From a virus (lineage: Duplodnaviria > Caudoviricetes), in the IMG/VR virus record IMGVR_UViG_3300023179_000147, positions 1 through 52,438 of that record: a DNA stretch of 52,438 bases; one strand, given 5' to 3'. Both the position numbers and the translations under genes were made by a program. Shown here one piece after another: positions 9,750-18,664 of the stretch (positions are counted from its first letter, which is position 1; each line of letters begins with the position of its first letter). Below the pieces are notes generated by a model that was given only the letters and a program-made list of their open reading frames with translations, was not told the DNA's origin and made no database searches.

Positions 9750-10953
9750 CTGATGTTACCTCCTCTGCATCCTTAGGAACTGGAATCGAGCCTGGGGTTG
9801 CAACGTATGCTGCGTCTACTGCCATCATAATATACTTTCTGTATTTATCATCACGCATCAGATTTCCAAACTCTGATTTGTAGAACTTCTTCTCGACCAA
9901 AACTTCACCCGTCTTCTGGTCGGATACAGCTAACTCTTTCCAGGCCCCCTCCCCTGAAATGTTAACGTGAACACCGTCACGGGTAACGCCCTTGCTCTCC
10001 TTGCAGTGAGAACGAACTTCATCAAAGATGTAGTCGTCTTCTACGATACCCTTGCCAAAGACGATGTCGAACTCAATCTTGCGGAAGGGAGCTGCCACCT
10101 TATTCTTCTTCACAGTTGCAATCACGTGGATGCCGACGGGAACACCCGTCTTAGGGTCCTTGATTGGATTACCGCTAGTAAGTGAAATGCGGATAGTCGA
10201 GTGGAACGGGATAGCCTTTCCACCGGGAGTCGTGGTTGGGTCACCATACATCACACCAATCTTCTCACGGATCTGATTGATACACAGGAGAGTCACATTG
10301 TTTTGACCAATGACACCCGTAATCTTTCGCATACCCTTTGAGATGACTCGGGCTTGAAGACCGATCGAGTTGTCCTCGTACTCACCATCCAGCTCAGCCT
10401 TGGGGGAGGTGGCGGCGACGGAGTCCCAAATCACGACTACAGGCACGTTCTTCTCGATGATCTGTTTTGCCTTTGTGATGGTGGACTCAATGACCGAGAA
10501 CACCTCCTCAGTGCAGTGTGTGTCGATATAGACAAATCTACGCTTGATATCGATTCCCATGTCTGCCAACTTCTGTACCGGAGTCGCATTCTCGGTATCG
10601 ACATACACAACAAGACCACCTAGCTTCTGGGCAACTGCTGCAGCGTGATATGCAAGGTGTGACTTACCACAAGAAGGCGGACCGCTGATCTCAATGATGC
10701 GACCTTCGGGATAACCACCTTCTGCTGCATTCCTGATTGCGTAGTTGAGCTGGAGGGAACCAGTGTCGATCCAACGCTTGACGATCGTGGGGGCGTCCAT
10801 CTCTGATAGGTTGAATGCCACCCGAGTCCCGAACTCCTTGTTGATCGACACAATGAGATCCTTCATCATATCATCGACGTCAGACTTCTTAGACTTCGAA
10901 TCTGAGATTCCTGCTTCTTCAAAGGCATCTGCTGTTGCTTTATTCCTAGCCAT
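9742..10953 (-). CDS. recA: RecA/UvsX recombinase
   Basis: GRIIEISGPPSCGKS, VYVDTE, WDSVAA, INQIREKIGVMYGDPTTTPGGKA, KNKVAAPFR. Start moved to ATG 10953, which has an AGGAG SD. Confidence 0.95.
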   Translation of the reverse strand: MARNKATADAFEEAGISDSKSKKSDVDDMMKDLIVSINKEFGTRVAFNLSEMDAPTIVKRWIDTGSLQLNYAIRNAAEGGYPEGRIIEISGPPSCGKSHLAYHAAAVAQKLGGLVVYVDTENATPVQKLADMGIDIKRRFVYIDTHCTEEVFSVIESTITKAKQIIEKNVPVVVIWDSVAATSPKAELDGEYEDNSIGLQARVISKGMRKITGVIGQNNVTLLCINQIREKIGVMYGDPTTTPGGKAIPFHSTIRISLTSGNPIKDPKTGVPVGIHVIATVKKNKVAAPFRKIEFDIVFGKGIVEDDYIFDEVRSHCKESKGVTRDGVHVNISGEGAWKELAVSDQKTGEVLVEKKFYKSEFGNLMRDDKYRKYIMMAVDAAYVATPGSIPVPKDAEEVTSDE

Positions 10954-10982
10954 GTGACTCCTATCAGGTGGAAAATACTGCA

Positions 10983-11012
10983 CGACCGTGGAGATGTTTC
11001 ACACCACGGTCG
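10983..11012. terminator. Hairpin between SSB and recA genes
   Basis: Inverted repeat CGACCGTGG...CCACGGTCG (9 bp); only a weak U-tract. Confidence 0.4.
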
Positions 11013-11033
11013 CACATTGCTTCTATTGTTAGA

Positions 11034-11867
11034 TCAGTCGTCGCCCATCAGCTCAGCAAAGGCGTCATCAAGTGATGACTTCTTGACCTCTGGCTTCTTG
11101 GCTGGCGCCTTCTTCTCAGCTGGTGCTGAGGTCTTCAGCTCGGCTGCGAGGTTCTCCAGCTCATCGGCTGGTGCGGGACCACGCGTCTCACCGCCGGACT
11201 GGGTAGGCTCCTCACCACCGTTGAGCCAGCGATTAAGGATGTTCTCAATCTCCTCGGTCGACTTGAGTCGGTACATGTCATCGATGCTTGGAATCGATTC
11301 GAGCCACTTTTGAGAGACACCTGAGTCCTCATGCAGCTTCGTCGGACGACGAGCAGGATCGACCGTAGTGTCGTTGAACTGCTTACCTGGTGCCTTGGTG
11401 ATTGACACCTTGAGATCGAAGCCCTCGGATGGAGAGAGGATGTCACCCACCTCCTCGTCAAGGAAGAAGCTCAACATGCGCTGGTATACTTGCTTACCGA
11501 ATGACCACACGAGGACGCCTTTGTCCTCCTCACCACGGACGATGACTGGGGCGTAACAACGAAGCTTTGGAGCCAGCTTCTTGGCCAGGACTCGATCGTC
11601 CGGCTTGCCGCTGCCGTACAACTTCTTGATCAGGTCATTGATCGGGTCCGGCTTTCCAAACTGATTTGGAGCCAGGATGCCCGCGTTCTCACCGATGTAA
11701 TAGAACCAACGCTCAGTGAAGGGCTGACCCTCCGCCGCGTTCTTCCACGGTAGACAGCGGATCTTGTACTCACCCAGAGTGGGCTTCCACATCTGGACCG
11801 AAGAGGTCCGCTTCACACCGCTCAGCTCTGCCACACGCTTCTTGATTGCTTCTAGATCGATTGCCAT
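11034..11867 (-). CDS. Single-stranded DNA-binding protein (T4 gp32-like)
   Basis: WKPTLGEYKIRCLP, YAPVIVRGEEDKGV..WSFGK, EGFDLKV, acidic C-terminal tail LDDAFAELMGDD; adjacent to recA. Confidence 0.85.
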   Translation of the reverse strand: MAIDLEAIKKRVAELSGVKRTSSVQMWKPTLGEYKIRCLPWKNAAEGQPFTERWFYYIGENAGILAPNQFGKPDPINDLIKKLYGSGKPDDRVLAKKLAPKLRCYAPVIVRGEEDKGVLVWSFGKQVYQRMLSFFLDEEVGDILSPSEGFDLKVSITKAPGKQFNDTTVDPARRPTKLHEDSGVSQKWLESIPSIDDMYRLKSTEEIENILNRWLNGGEEPTQSGGETRGPAPADELENLAAELKTSAPAEKKAPAKKPEVKKSSLDDAFAELMGDD

Positions 11868-12013
11868 TTCCTTTGCCTTTTCCTTTTCAAACGTGAACTA
11901 AGACGTGACTGTACCGCAACATGCGGAGTCAATCAGCATTCCTAGGTCCACAACCTATATTGAGAGCCCTCAACTGTGCACAGGAGGAACTAACTTTTAT
12001 TCGACAGGTGATC

Positions 12014-12298
12014 TTACTTCCAACGCACGAAGTTTTTCTTGCGCTTCTTCAGCTTACCACCTGGTCGCACGGGGTTCTTGCCCATGTCATCAGCGCTAGC
12101 GCCGAGCGGGCCTGTGAATCCTGCAATGTTAGCCGCGACGTTCATCTCGTCGAGGTCACTCTCGTTCTCAGCCTCTTCCGATTCCTCTTCCTTCTTTTTG
12201 CCATTACCGCCCTTGGGGATGAGCTGATTAGCAACACGTGGAGAACCCTGCACTTCAGCGAGGGACTCCACGATGTACTTTCTTAGCAAGTCATACAT
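12014..12298 (-). CDS. Hypothetical protein with N-terminal LLRKYIVE helix
   Basis: 94-aa ORF; ATACATA motif 7 nt upstream of the start. Confidence 0.7.
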   Translation of the reverse strand: MYDLLRKYIVESLAEVQGSPRVANQLIPKGGNGKKKEEESEEAENESDLDEMNVAANIAGFTGPLGASADDMGKNPVRPGGKLKKRKKNFVRWK

Positions 12299-12327
12299 GA
12301 TTCAATATGTATATACTTGTAGCAATT

Positions 12328-13227
12328 TCAGGGGGTTGCAACAGCTTTTTCTGCCTTGCGCTGAGCCTTGAGATCCCAACGGTAATTCTTGATCGTGACA
12401 GATCCAGGTAGCAAGTCCTTACGAATATGCATGCTGGGTGTGCCGTTGAACTGCTGCGGGATTGTCGTTCGAATGTACCCCTCACTCTTGAATCGACTCT
12501 CGAATTCGCGAGTTGCCTTCTTACCTGTGAGGACTCTACCGTCGAATGTGTAATCCTTGAAGTGACCTGAGAAATGGGGCAGGTTGAAGCGGCTGACATG
12601 GACGAGGCACTTGGGTTGCTGCTTCTTCAAGAGATCACCTACAAAATCCCACGGCTCCCTCATGTGCTCAAAGACCTCATAGAACAGGTAACAGTCTGCC
12701 TTTGGCTGGGTGGGCTTCAAGTGCATGCTGAGGTTCTGTGGAGAACCAAATTCCTTTGCAAACCTCTTTGCTAACTCGACCTGTGACTTGTTATTTGCGC
12801 TGTTGTGATAGACGACCTTGGCATTGATACCCGCCGCAGTAAGCTGCTGAGCAAGATAGATCGAGCTGAGACCCACACCCGCAAAGTAATCGACAAACGT
12901 CCAATCATCGGCAAAGTTTGGAATCTCCTTGCGGATGTCTAGAAGACCGTTGACAGTCTGCTTGACACTGGCCTTCGTATAGTGGGTGTAGCACTTGCAG
13001 ATGTCAAGGACATATTCACTGCTGGTGTACAGCTTTGCCTCGTCAGCTGTCGTCTGAGCTGATCCAATCCACTCAGAGTTCAGCTTCTCTGTGACGGACC
13101 AGTCATCCCTTGTGCAAGTGTTGAGGGCGGGTGAAAACCACTCCTCGCCATCGACTTGCAGGACTTCACCTGCAACCTTGAGGACATGCTTCAGAACAAC
13201 CGAGCGCTTATCGTTCAACGTTACCAT
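12328..13227 (-). CDS. Putative class I SAM-dependent methyltransferase
   Basis: Motif I FVDYFAGVGLS and YEVFEHMREP as in small-molecule/glycan methyltransferases; no DPPY/NPPY or PCQ motif. Confidence 0.65.
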   Translation of the reverse strand: MVTLNDKRSVVLKHVLKVAGEVLQVDGEEWFSPALNTCTRDDWSVTEKLNSEWIGSAQTTADEAKLYTSSEYVLDICKCYTHYTKASVKQTVNGLLDIRKEIPNFADDWTFVDYFAGVGLSSIYLAQQLTAAGINAKVVYHNSANNKSQVELAKRFAKEFGSPQNLSMHLKPTQPKADCYLFYEVFEHMREPWDFVGDLLKKQQPKCLVHVSRFNLPHFSGHFKDYTFDGRVLTGKKATREFESRFKSEGYIRTTIPQQFNGTPSMHIRKDLLPGSVTIKNYRWDLKAQRKAEKAVATP

Positions 13228-13245
13228 TGTGGATCTCTCTTCCTT

Positions 13246-13863
13246 TCACTTCCAGCCCACCGTGCCGGGCTTCTCTTGCATCGTTGAAATGTAGTCAGCT
13301 GTCATCACGGCGTAAACAAGCGGGCTCGTCTTCAGACAGTACGGCTTGTTCTCGTCGAGGACGAACCCGTCATTGAGAAGGATGGCAAGGTATTCATCTG
13401 TCTTGAGTCGAAGTCCGAACTGCTGGCACAGATGGACTGAACGCTGGGGGGTCGACATGAATTGCATGTCCTTGTTGTGTTTGTACATCTCACCCAACTT
13501 CTCGCGGTGCCAATCAGAGTCCTGTGGTACGTAATAGTCAGATACCGTGCCGTCGTCGTTTGCAAGCCCCACCTTGCCGATGTCATGGAGGAGACAGCTG
13601 ACGATGAGTGAATCCTTCGGGACGTCCCATCCGTATGCCTTGACGAGGCGCATCGCATTCGTAAGAACTCTCAGCGAGTGTTCTACCAATCCGCCGGGAA
13701 ATGCATTATGATACTCTTTCCGCGACGAAGCTGGGCACAGAGCGAGTTGTTCGCCCATGGCATCGACCATTGCAAGTGCAGCGGGGGCACGATCTCCCAG
13801 GGTCTCCATCAGTTGGCGGTACTTGTCAAAGTTAGACGCGATTGCTTCGGGTGATAGACTCAT
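13246..13863 (-). CDS. HD-domain phosphohydrolase (YhaM-like)
   Basis: PAS..YHNAFPGGLVEHSLRV, LLHDIGK, TAD. Confidence 0.85.
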   Translation of the reverse strand: MSLSPEAIASNFDKYRQLMETLGDRAPAALAMVDAMGEQLALCPASSRKEYHNAFPGGLVEHSLRVLTNAMRLVKAYGWDVPKDSLIVSCLLHDIGKVGLANDDGTVSDYYVPQDSDWHREKLGEMYKHNKDMQFMSTPQRSVHLCQQFGLRLKTDEYLAILLNDGFVLDENKPYCLKTSPLVYAVMTADYISTMQEKPGTVGWK

Positions 13864-13896
13864 GACAATGACACTAAAGCAGATTCCGACAATGTA

Positions 13897-15099
13897 TCAA
13901 AGATTTTCTAGCTTCAGCGGAAACGGCACCTCATATCCTGGGACCTGCACACCGACGAAGTGTGCCACGTCTTCCAACCGCTCAGGTGCAACGTCAAGGA
14001 TGATCGCGTCGTGGAGCACAAAGATGGGCCGGATCCCATCGGACCCCAACCCTCTCAGGACCGCGTCGAAACCCAGCATGGCAACGTCGACCCCGGTAGA
14101 TTGGGCATAGGAATTAACGAGCAGGTTGTCATGATCGGATGGAACGTGGATCTTTCGGCCGAAGCGATTCGTGATCCGACCACCACCCACCACCTCCTCC
14201 TTGAGCCGACGGCGGAGAGAGTCGACCTTGAAGTGGCTCTGGATCGTGGAGATGAACCCGTCCACTTCACTCTCTGACACACCCAGCCTGAGGCGGAGTG
14301 CTGCCCTTGAGATTCCGTACAGCTCGGCGATCACGGCGGTCTTCACGGCGTCACGGGGCACCCGACCGCCAAACAGGTCCTCGGCGATCTCAGCATACAT
14401 GTCACCTGCAGTCGACGACTGACCTGCCTCGGCCAGCACCACCCGAGCTTCCAGCGCCCGGAAATCAAGAGAATAGATGCGGCCGCCTTCCCACGTCGAG
14501 CGTAGGATCCCACGCGCTTCCTTCTTAAGGGTGAGGATGTTGGGTCCCTCGGTGACAGTGAGGCGTCCGGTGCGGGTCGAGAATCGATCGTACAGGGTGG
14601 GATGCGCTGCCCCACTCCGCTTCGGCCTGAACCCCTCGAGCACGGGTGTATTGCCACCGCCGGCATCAATGAGAACCTGCAGGGCAAGAGGATCAACACG
14701 GGCGGGCCTGAGAGCAGCAAGCACCCGAGAACCGGCTACCCAGGCACTCTCGTAGTACTCAAAGGGTAATCTTGAAAAAGAAGATGAGATTGTCCCCACC
14801 AGGTTTTTGAAGTATTCTCTGAAGGTCTCCTGGGGCAACATGTGCATCCACGGCGGGGAGATCGACCCAGTGGTGAGAGTGCGGAATGCAGCCGTGTATC
14901 GAGGAGGAACAGATGGGAGCTCGATCCCGTCGAGACGGAGCAGTGTATCGAGGCATCGGGCCGCGGGTGAACTCTTAGTCTCACCTGTCAGATGCCAAGA
15001 GTCGCGAGGGACCGATTCAGACCATGTGTATCCCTCAGCATCCCCGACGATGTGCCGGGGAGATCCGAGGAGGGAAGAGTCGATGCAGAAGCGCCGCAT
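13897..15099 (-). CDS. polA: Compact family A DNA polymerase (polymerase domain only)
   Basis: TRTGRL, motif A LDFRALEAR, motif B RDAVKTAVIAELYG, NSYAQSTG, motif C LHDAI. Start placed at ATG 15099, 7 nt after a TACAGT -10. Confidence 0.8.
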   Translation of the reverse strand: MRRFCIDSSLLGSPRHIVGDAEGYTWSESVPRDSWHLTGETKSSPAARCLDTLLRLDGIELPSVPPRYTAAFRTLTTGSISPPWMHMLPQETFREYFKNLVGTISSSFSRLPFEYYESAWVAGSRVLAALRPARVDPLALQVLIDAGGGNTPVLEGFRPKRSGAAHPTLYDRFSTRTGRLTVTEGPNILTLKKEARGILRSTWEGGRIYSLDFRALEARVVLAEAGQSSTAGDMYAEIAEDLFGGRVPRDAVKTAVIAELYGISRAALRLRLGVSESEVDGFISTIQSHFKVDSLRRRLKEEVVGGGRITNRFGRKIHVPSDHDNLLVNSYAQSTGVDVAMLGFDAVLRGLGSDGIRPIFVLHDAIILDVAPERLEDVAHFVGVQVPGYEVPFPLKLENL

Positions 15100-15132
15100 G
15101 GGAGCCACTGTAACACATCAAGCACTTATTTT

Positions 15133-18100
15133 TCACTTAGGGCCGCTTCCTTTTATACCCAATTTTTGAATTTGAGTCTGAAGTTCGCCCTCAAGTGCAT
15201 CAGTGACTGTAGCAGCAAGAGACGGCGGAGCAGAGAACTTGCCGTATCCATCAGTGTACGTGAAAGTCCATTGAGTTGTGAACTTTCCGGGTGAGATCGA
15301 GTGTTGTATCTGAGAGGCACTATACAGGTTGTCGAGTGTAGTGCCTGTGTCGAAGTCTATGAAGTAGGTCTGGAATAACTGGGCGTAGGGTATCCCGGCG
15401 GACGACACGGTGATCGATGCTGGTACTGAACGCATCACGGGAAAGCCGCCGGGCCCCTCCAGCGGACCTGCTGGGGGCCCAGCAGCATTTGATGGTGTTC
15501 CCTTAAGCGCATTCATTAAATTGAGGGTGCCTTGTAGGCCATCCGTTTTCGACGCAAGGTTTGCTGAATATACAAGAGAGCCATTGGTGCCCAATACGAG
15601 ACATGGCACCCCACGCATCAGGAATTGTTTGAGCGCCTTGCGGTCTTTTGTGAGTTCAAAAGCTTCTTTGCCCGATAGATCAATCAATTCTAAGTTAGCA
15701 CGAGGATTTTCATTGTTCTTGTAAATCTGATGTGCCAAGTCGTAGTACCTCTTCTTGAGTCTTGCCTTTGCATTTGCCTGGGACTCTGAGTTACCACCAC
15801 CTTGACTATCTTGGATGTCTTTGTTGATCTGCTCCAAATCTGCTTTAGACAATTCGCCTACTCGGGAAACGATTCTACTTCTAATTTTACCCTTATTGAA
15901 AGCACCGAGTAAGAACCCTCCTTGCCCGTTGTCAATCACGGACTGCATTAGGCGATGGGGGTTGTTCTGTCTGTCGTAGATGTGTATCCTTTTGATGAAG
16001 TATCTATTGTCTGTGGACGGAGCAGTTGCTCCCGGTACGCTTGCGTTGTATCGCTGGCTATTGATGTTTGCTTTCAACTGTGAGATTATACTTTTCTGCA
16101 GTGCTCCTTCGCCGGGGACACCTTGCTCAAAATACATCTCAATTATGGGCGGCTTGAAATCACCCCAATCACGGGACCACTTTGCTATCCCAGTGTCATA
16201 CGATCCCTTTTTGGGTTCTTGCGCGGATTTGGGGTTTTTGTCGGGGTCGAACGGTTGGAAGAGTTCGCTCATGCCGTACCCGATAGATGTCTGATCCGCA
16301 AACTGACTCTCGACTATTATCTTGAGGAAAGATTGGATCGTGAGAACGGGAGCTTTAGTATTCTTGATTTCGTCGAGGTAGGCGTACGCAAGTTTTGTCA
16401 AGTCGATCGGAAATTCGGCAACAGAGTGACTGCTCATGGGACCACATGATTCATTCAGACCGTAGAATATCACCTGCAATTCATCACAAACCCCCACGTG
16501 AGCGATTGCAGGCGCCACGAATTCCATGAAAAGCTTGCCGAATGAAACGACACCCGCTCCACTTGCGATGTTCAATCTTGTCGTCTCTTTAGCTTGGTTA
16601 ATTTTAGCTTGTCGTTCAGAGCCCGCCTTCTTCCACTTGCTTATTTCTTTGATAAGCTCGGGTTCGAAATACTCAGGCTTGTTTTTGTTTCTCTCCCCGT
16701 CAGCTAAAAATGGGTCAGGTCCATTGAGCAGGTTGCTGAATTTTGCTTGCACTGCGTTTCCTGCCGAGCTTCTCAACGCCTTGAAGCTGAGATCAGGAAG
16801 AGTTTTTCCTGCGTCATCTTTTGTCTTACCTGCTAGAGACTTTATGTTATCGCTAAAACTTTTAAGCTCGTCTGCAGTTAGAACGCCTGTTGCGTTAATC
16901 TGATTAATCAGATTGTTTAGTGCTGTACCAAAATCACCCTTATCTTCGAGTTCTTTGAAGATTCCGTCTGATGCAGCTGCGTTGAGTATCTGATCTTTTT
17001 GCATCTTTACAGCAAAGGGTGTTGTGCCCTGTGTTATCTTGTTTCTTATTTCTGATATTGCTTGCAAAGCCTTGTTATATCGATACATCTGCCCGTTGAT
17101 ACTCTCGCCCATTGAGATATCAACAGTCTGTAGTTCTTTCGTTGACTTGATGTATAACTCAATGGTTAAAGACACCTGACCATTGGAGTCGAAGGAAAAT
17201 TGTGAATTTGAAACTGTCCAAACGTCACGGACGAGCATGTGAGAATTGATAAAATCAGCGTATTCATTGTCTTTGTCAGACCCATTTTTCTTGGGTGCCA
17301 TCCATCCATAGGTCGTCCAGACTATTGCATCATGATATCCCACAGACCCGCGTATGAATTCTGAAAATTCCGATATCCGACTCTTATCATGAATTTTTAG
17401 CTTCAAAGATCCTTTTTTAGTAGAGAACGCTCCCGATCCCGCGCTGCCAATTGTAACGTCGAATCCCTCTATCGAAGCAAAGGGCAAAAAGGGCTTTGCC
17501 TGAACGAGCCTACTCGTTGAAACTCCGAGTCTTTCAAAGTTAGTAAGTCCCTGCGGCAGGAGGAAAGATTCCATCCCCGTATACGCAGAAGTCGATACTT
17601 TTGCGGCCAAATTCTTTTTGTTGTCTTGCTGGTACTCATAAGTCGTTGAAACATTCTTAATGTTGTTTGCACCATACAAAACTTCGTCCGCTCCCGTAAG
17701 ATCATTTACCTTGGGTGTCCCAAGCAAGAATCTCATCACACTGGGTGAAGTGATGTATTCGGGATTCTGATTCGTGATCTCAAACCCCACATCAAGATGG
17801 GGTATTAGAGAATTTGCGACCGTTGGAGGTGTATAGTTCAGAAAAAGATCTGTGTACTCGGTGCCGCGAGTAGCTGGAGATATCAAAGCATTGCGCGTAA
17901 TAATCGCTGAGGTCTTGAAATTTCGGATCCGCGCGTCTCCCTCTTTTGAAAGAGCGGCGATGGAGGGTGCAAAATCGTTCAATGACTTGACGTCTACGGT
18001 AGAGTTGTTGTGCTTGACACCCTTAAAATACTCGTCTCCGGATATCAGACTGCTGCTGTCAGAGTTGCTACTATTCGAAAGTCCGTGAATGATGTCCTGC

Positions 18101-18354
18101 CGTGGAGCGGAGTTACTGCCTTTGGCCTCCTTACTTTTCAGCTTTGTCTTTATGCTCTGTTCACCTTGTGTGTCGTCGTCGTAGCAAAAGAAAGTTCCGT
18201 TCTTGTCGAGTATGAGCCTGTTAACATCGTCTTCAATTTCTTTTCTGCTAAGGTCGTTGGGTTGACTAATGTTCTTAGAAAATCCCGAGGGCGCCAACAC
18301 TCGATAATAATCGAGTAATTGCTGAAAAGGTGACGAATTAGGGTCGTTAGCCAT
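15133..18354 (-). CDS. Putative baseplate hub protein (gp27/gpD-like), enlarged
   Basis: Follows the gp53-like gene. C-terminal ITVSSAGIP..FIDFDTGTTLDNLY..IQHSISPGKFTT resembles hub C-termini. Start placed at MANDP (18354), 2 nt after the upstream stop. Confidence 0.6.
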   Translation of the reverse strand: MANDPNSSPFQQLLDYYRVLAPSGFSKNISQPNDLSRKEIEDDVNRLILDKNGTFFCYDDDTQGEQSIKTKLKSKEAKGSNSAPRQDIIHGLSNSSNSDSSSLISGDEYFKGVKHNNSTVDVKSLNDFAPSIAALSKEGDARIRNFKTSAIITRNALISPATRGTEYTDLFLNYTPPTVANSLIPHLDVGFEITNQNPEYITSPSVMRFLLGTPKVNDLTGADEVLYGANNIKNVSTTYEYQQDNKKNLAAKVSTSAYTGMESFLLPQGLTNFERLGVSTSRLVQAKPFLPFASIEGFDVTIGSAGSGAFSTKKGSLKLKIHDKSRISEFSEFIRGSVGYHDAIVWTTYGWMAPKKNGSDKDNEYADFINSHMLVRDVWTVSNSQFSFDSNGQVSLTIELYIKSTKELQTVDISMGESINGQMYRYNKALQAISEIRNKITQGTTPFAVKMQKDQILNAAASDGIFKELEDKGDFGTALNNLINQINATGVLTADELKSFSDNIKSLAGKTKDDAGKTLPDLSFKALRSSAGNAVQAKFSNLLNGPDPFLADGERNKNKPEYFEPELIKEISKWKKAGSERQAKINQAKETTRLNIASGAGVVSFGKLFMEFVAPAIAHVGVCDELQVIFYGLNESCGPMSSHSVAEFPIDLTKLAYAYLDEIKNTKAPVLTIQSFLKIIVESQFADQTSIGYGMSELFQPFDPDKNPKSAQEPKKGSYDTGIAKWSRDWGDFKPPIIEMYFEQGVPGEGALQKSIISQLKANINSQRYNASVPGATAPSTDNRYFIKRIHIYDRQNNPHRLMQSVIDNGQGGFLLGAFNKGKIRSRIVSRVGELSKADLEQINKDIQDSQGGGNSESQANAKARLKKRYYDLAHQIYKNNENPRANLELIDLSGKEAFELTKDRKALKQFLMRGVPCLVLGTNGSLVYSANLASKTDGLQGTLNLMNALKGTPSNAAGPPAGPLEGPGGFPVMRSVPASITVSSAGIPYAQLFQTYFIDFDTGTTLDNLYSASQIQHSISPGKFTTQWTFTYTDGYGKFSAPPSLAATVTDALEGELQTQIQKLGIKGSGPK

Positions 18355-18356
18355 GA

Positions 18357-18659
18357 TTACACGAGCCTCACCACGTCGGAAATGTCGAGCACATTTATGA
18401 CGGTGCCGGGAGGCACCTGCATGCCCCACCCAATGTCAGATGCAGCTGCTAGAACCCACCAGTATCTTGAGTCACCGTATAGGGCTCCTGCCAAAGAGTC
18501 TAAACGATCACTACCCGTCGCTATGATTGTCTTCCGAACAGATATGATACCTTGCTTCAGAGCAAAACGCAAGACTTTAGCGGAGTGGGCAGTCCCGAGC
18601 TGTTGTCCGAGGTTTATCGTGTCGTCGTTAGAGTATCTGCTATTCACTGCCATCGTCAA
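18357..18659 (-). CDS. Baseplate wedge / LysM-like protein (T4 gp53 / P2 gpX-like)
   Basis: DRLDSLAGALYGDSRYWWVLAAAS..VPPGTVI signature. Confidence 0.85.
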   Translation of the reverse strand: MTMAVNSRYSNDDTINLGQQLGTAHSAKVLRFALKQGIISVRKTIIATGSDRLDSLAGALYGDSRYWWVLAAASDIGWGMQVPPGTVINVLDISDVVRLV

Positions 18660-18664
18660 TACCG

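Larger units (their letters stand above)
7973..15136 (-). promoter_or_regulatory. Bipartite promoters KTGnnn-N18-TAnnnT before replication genes
   Basis: TTGTAC-18-TAGATT (8002..7973), GTGCAC-18-TAGGTT (11981..11952), TTGATA-18-TAGTGT (13900..13871), GTGAAA-18-TACAGT (15136..15107). Confidence 0.55.

Noticed and set aside
10954-10983. GTGCAG upstream of recA as a fifth N18 promoter
   Set aside because: No TAnnnT at the 18-nt spacing.
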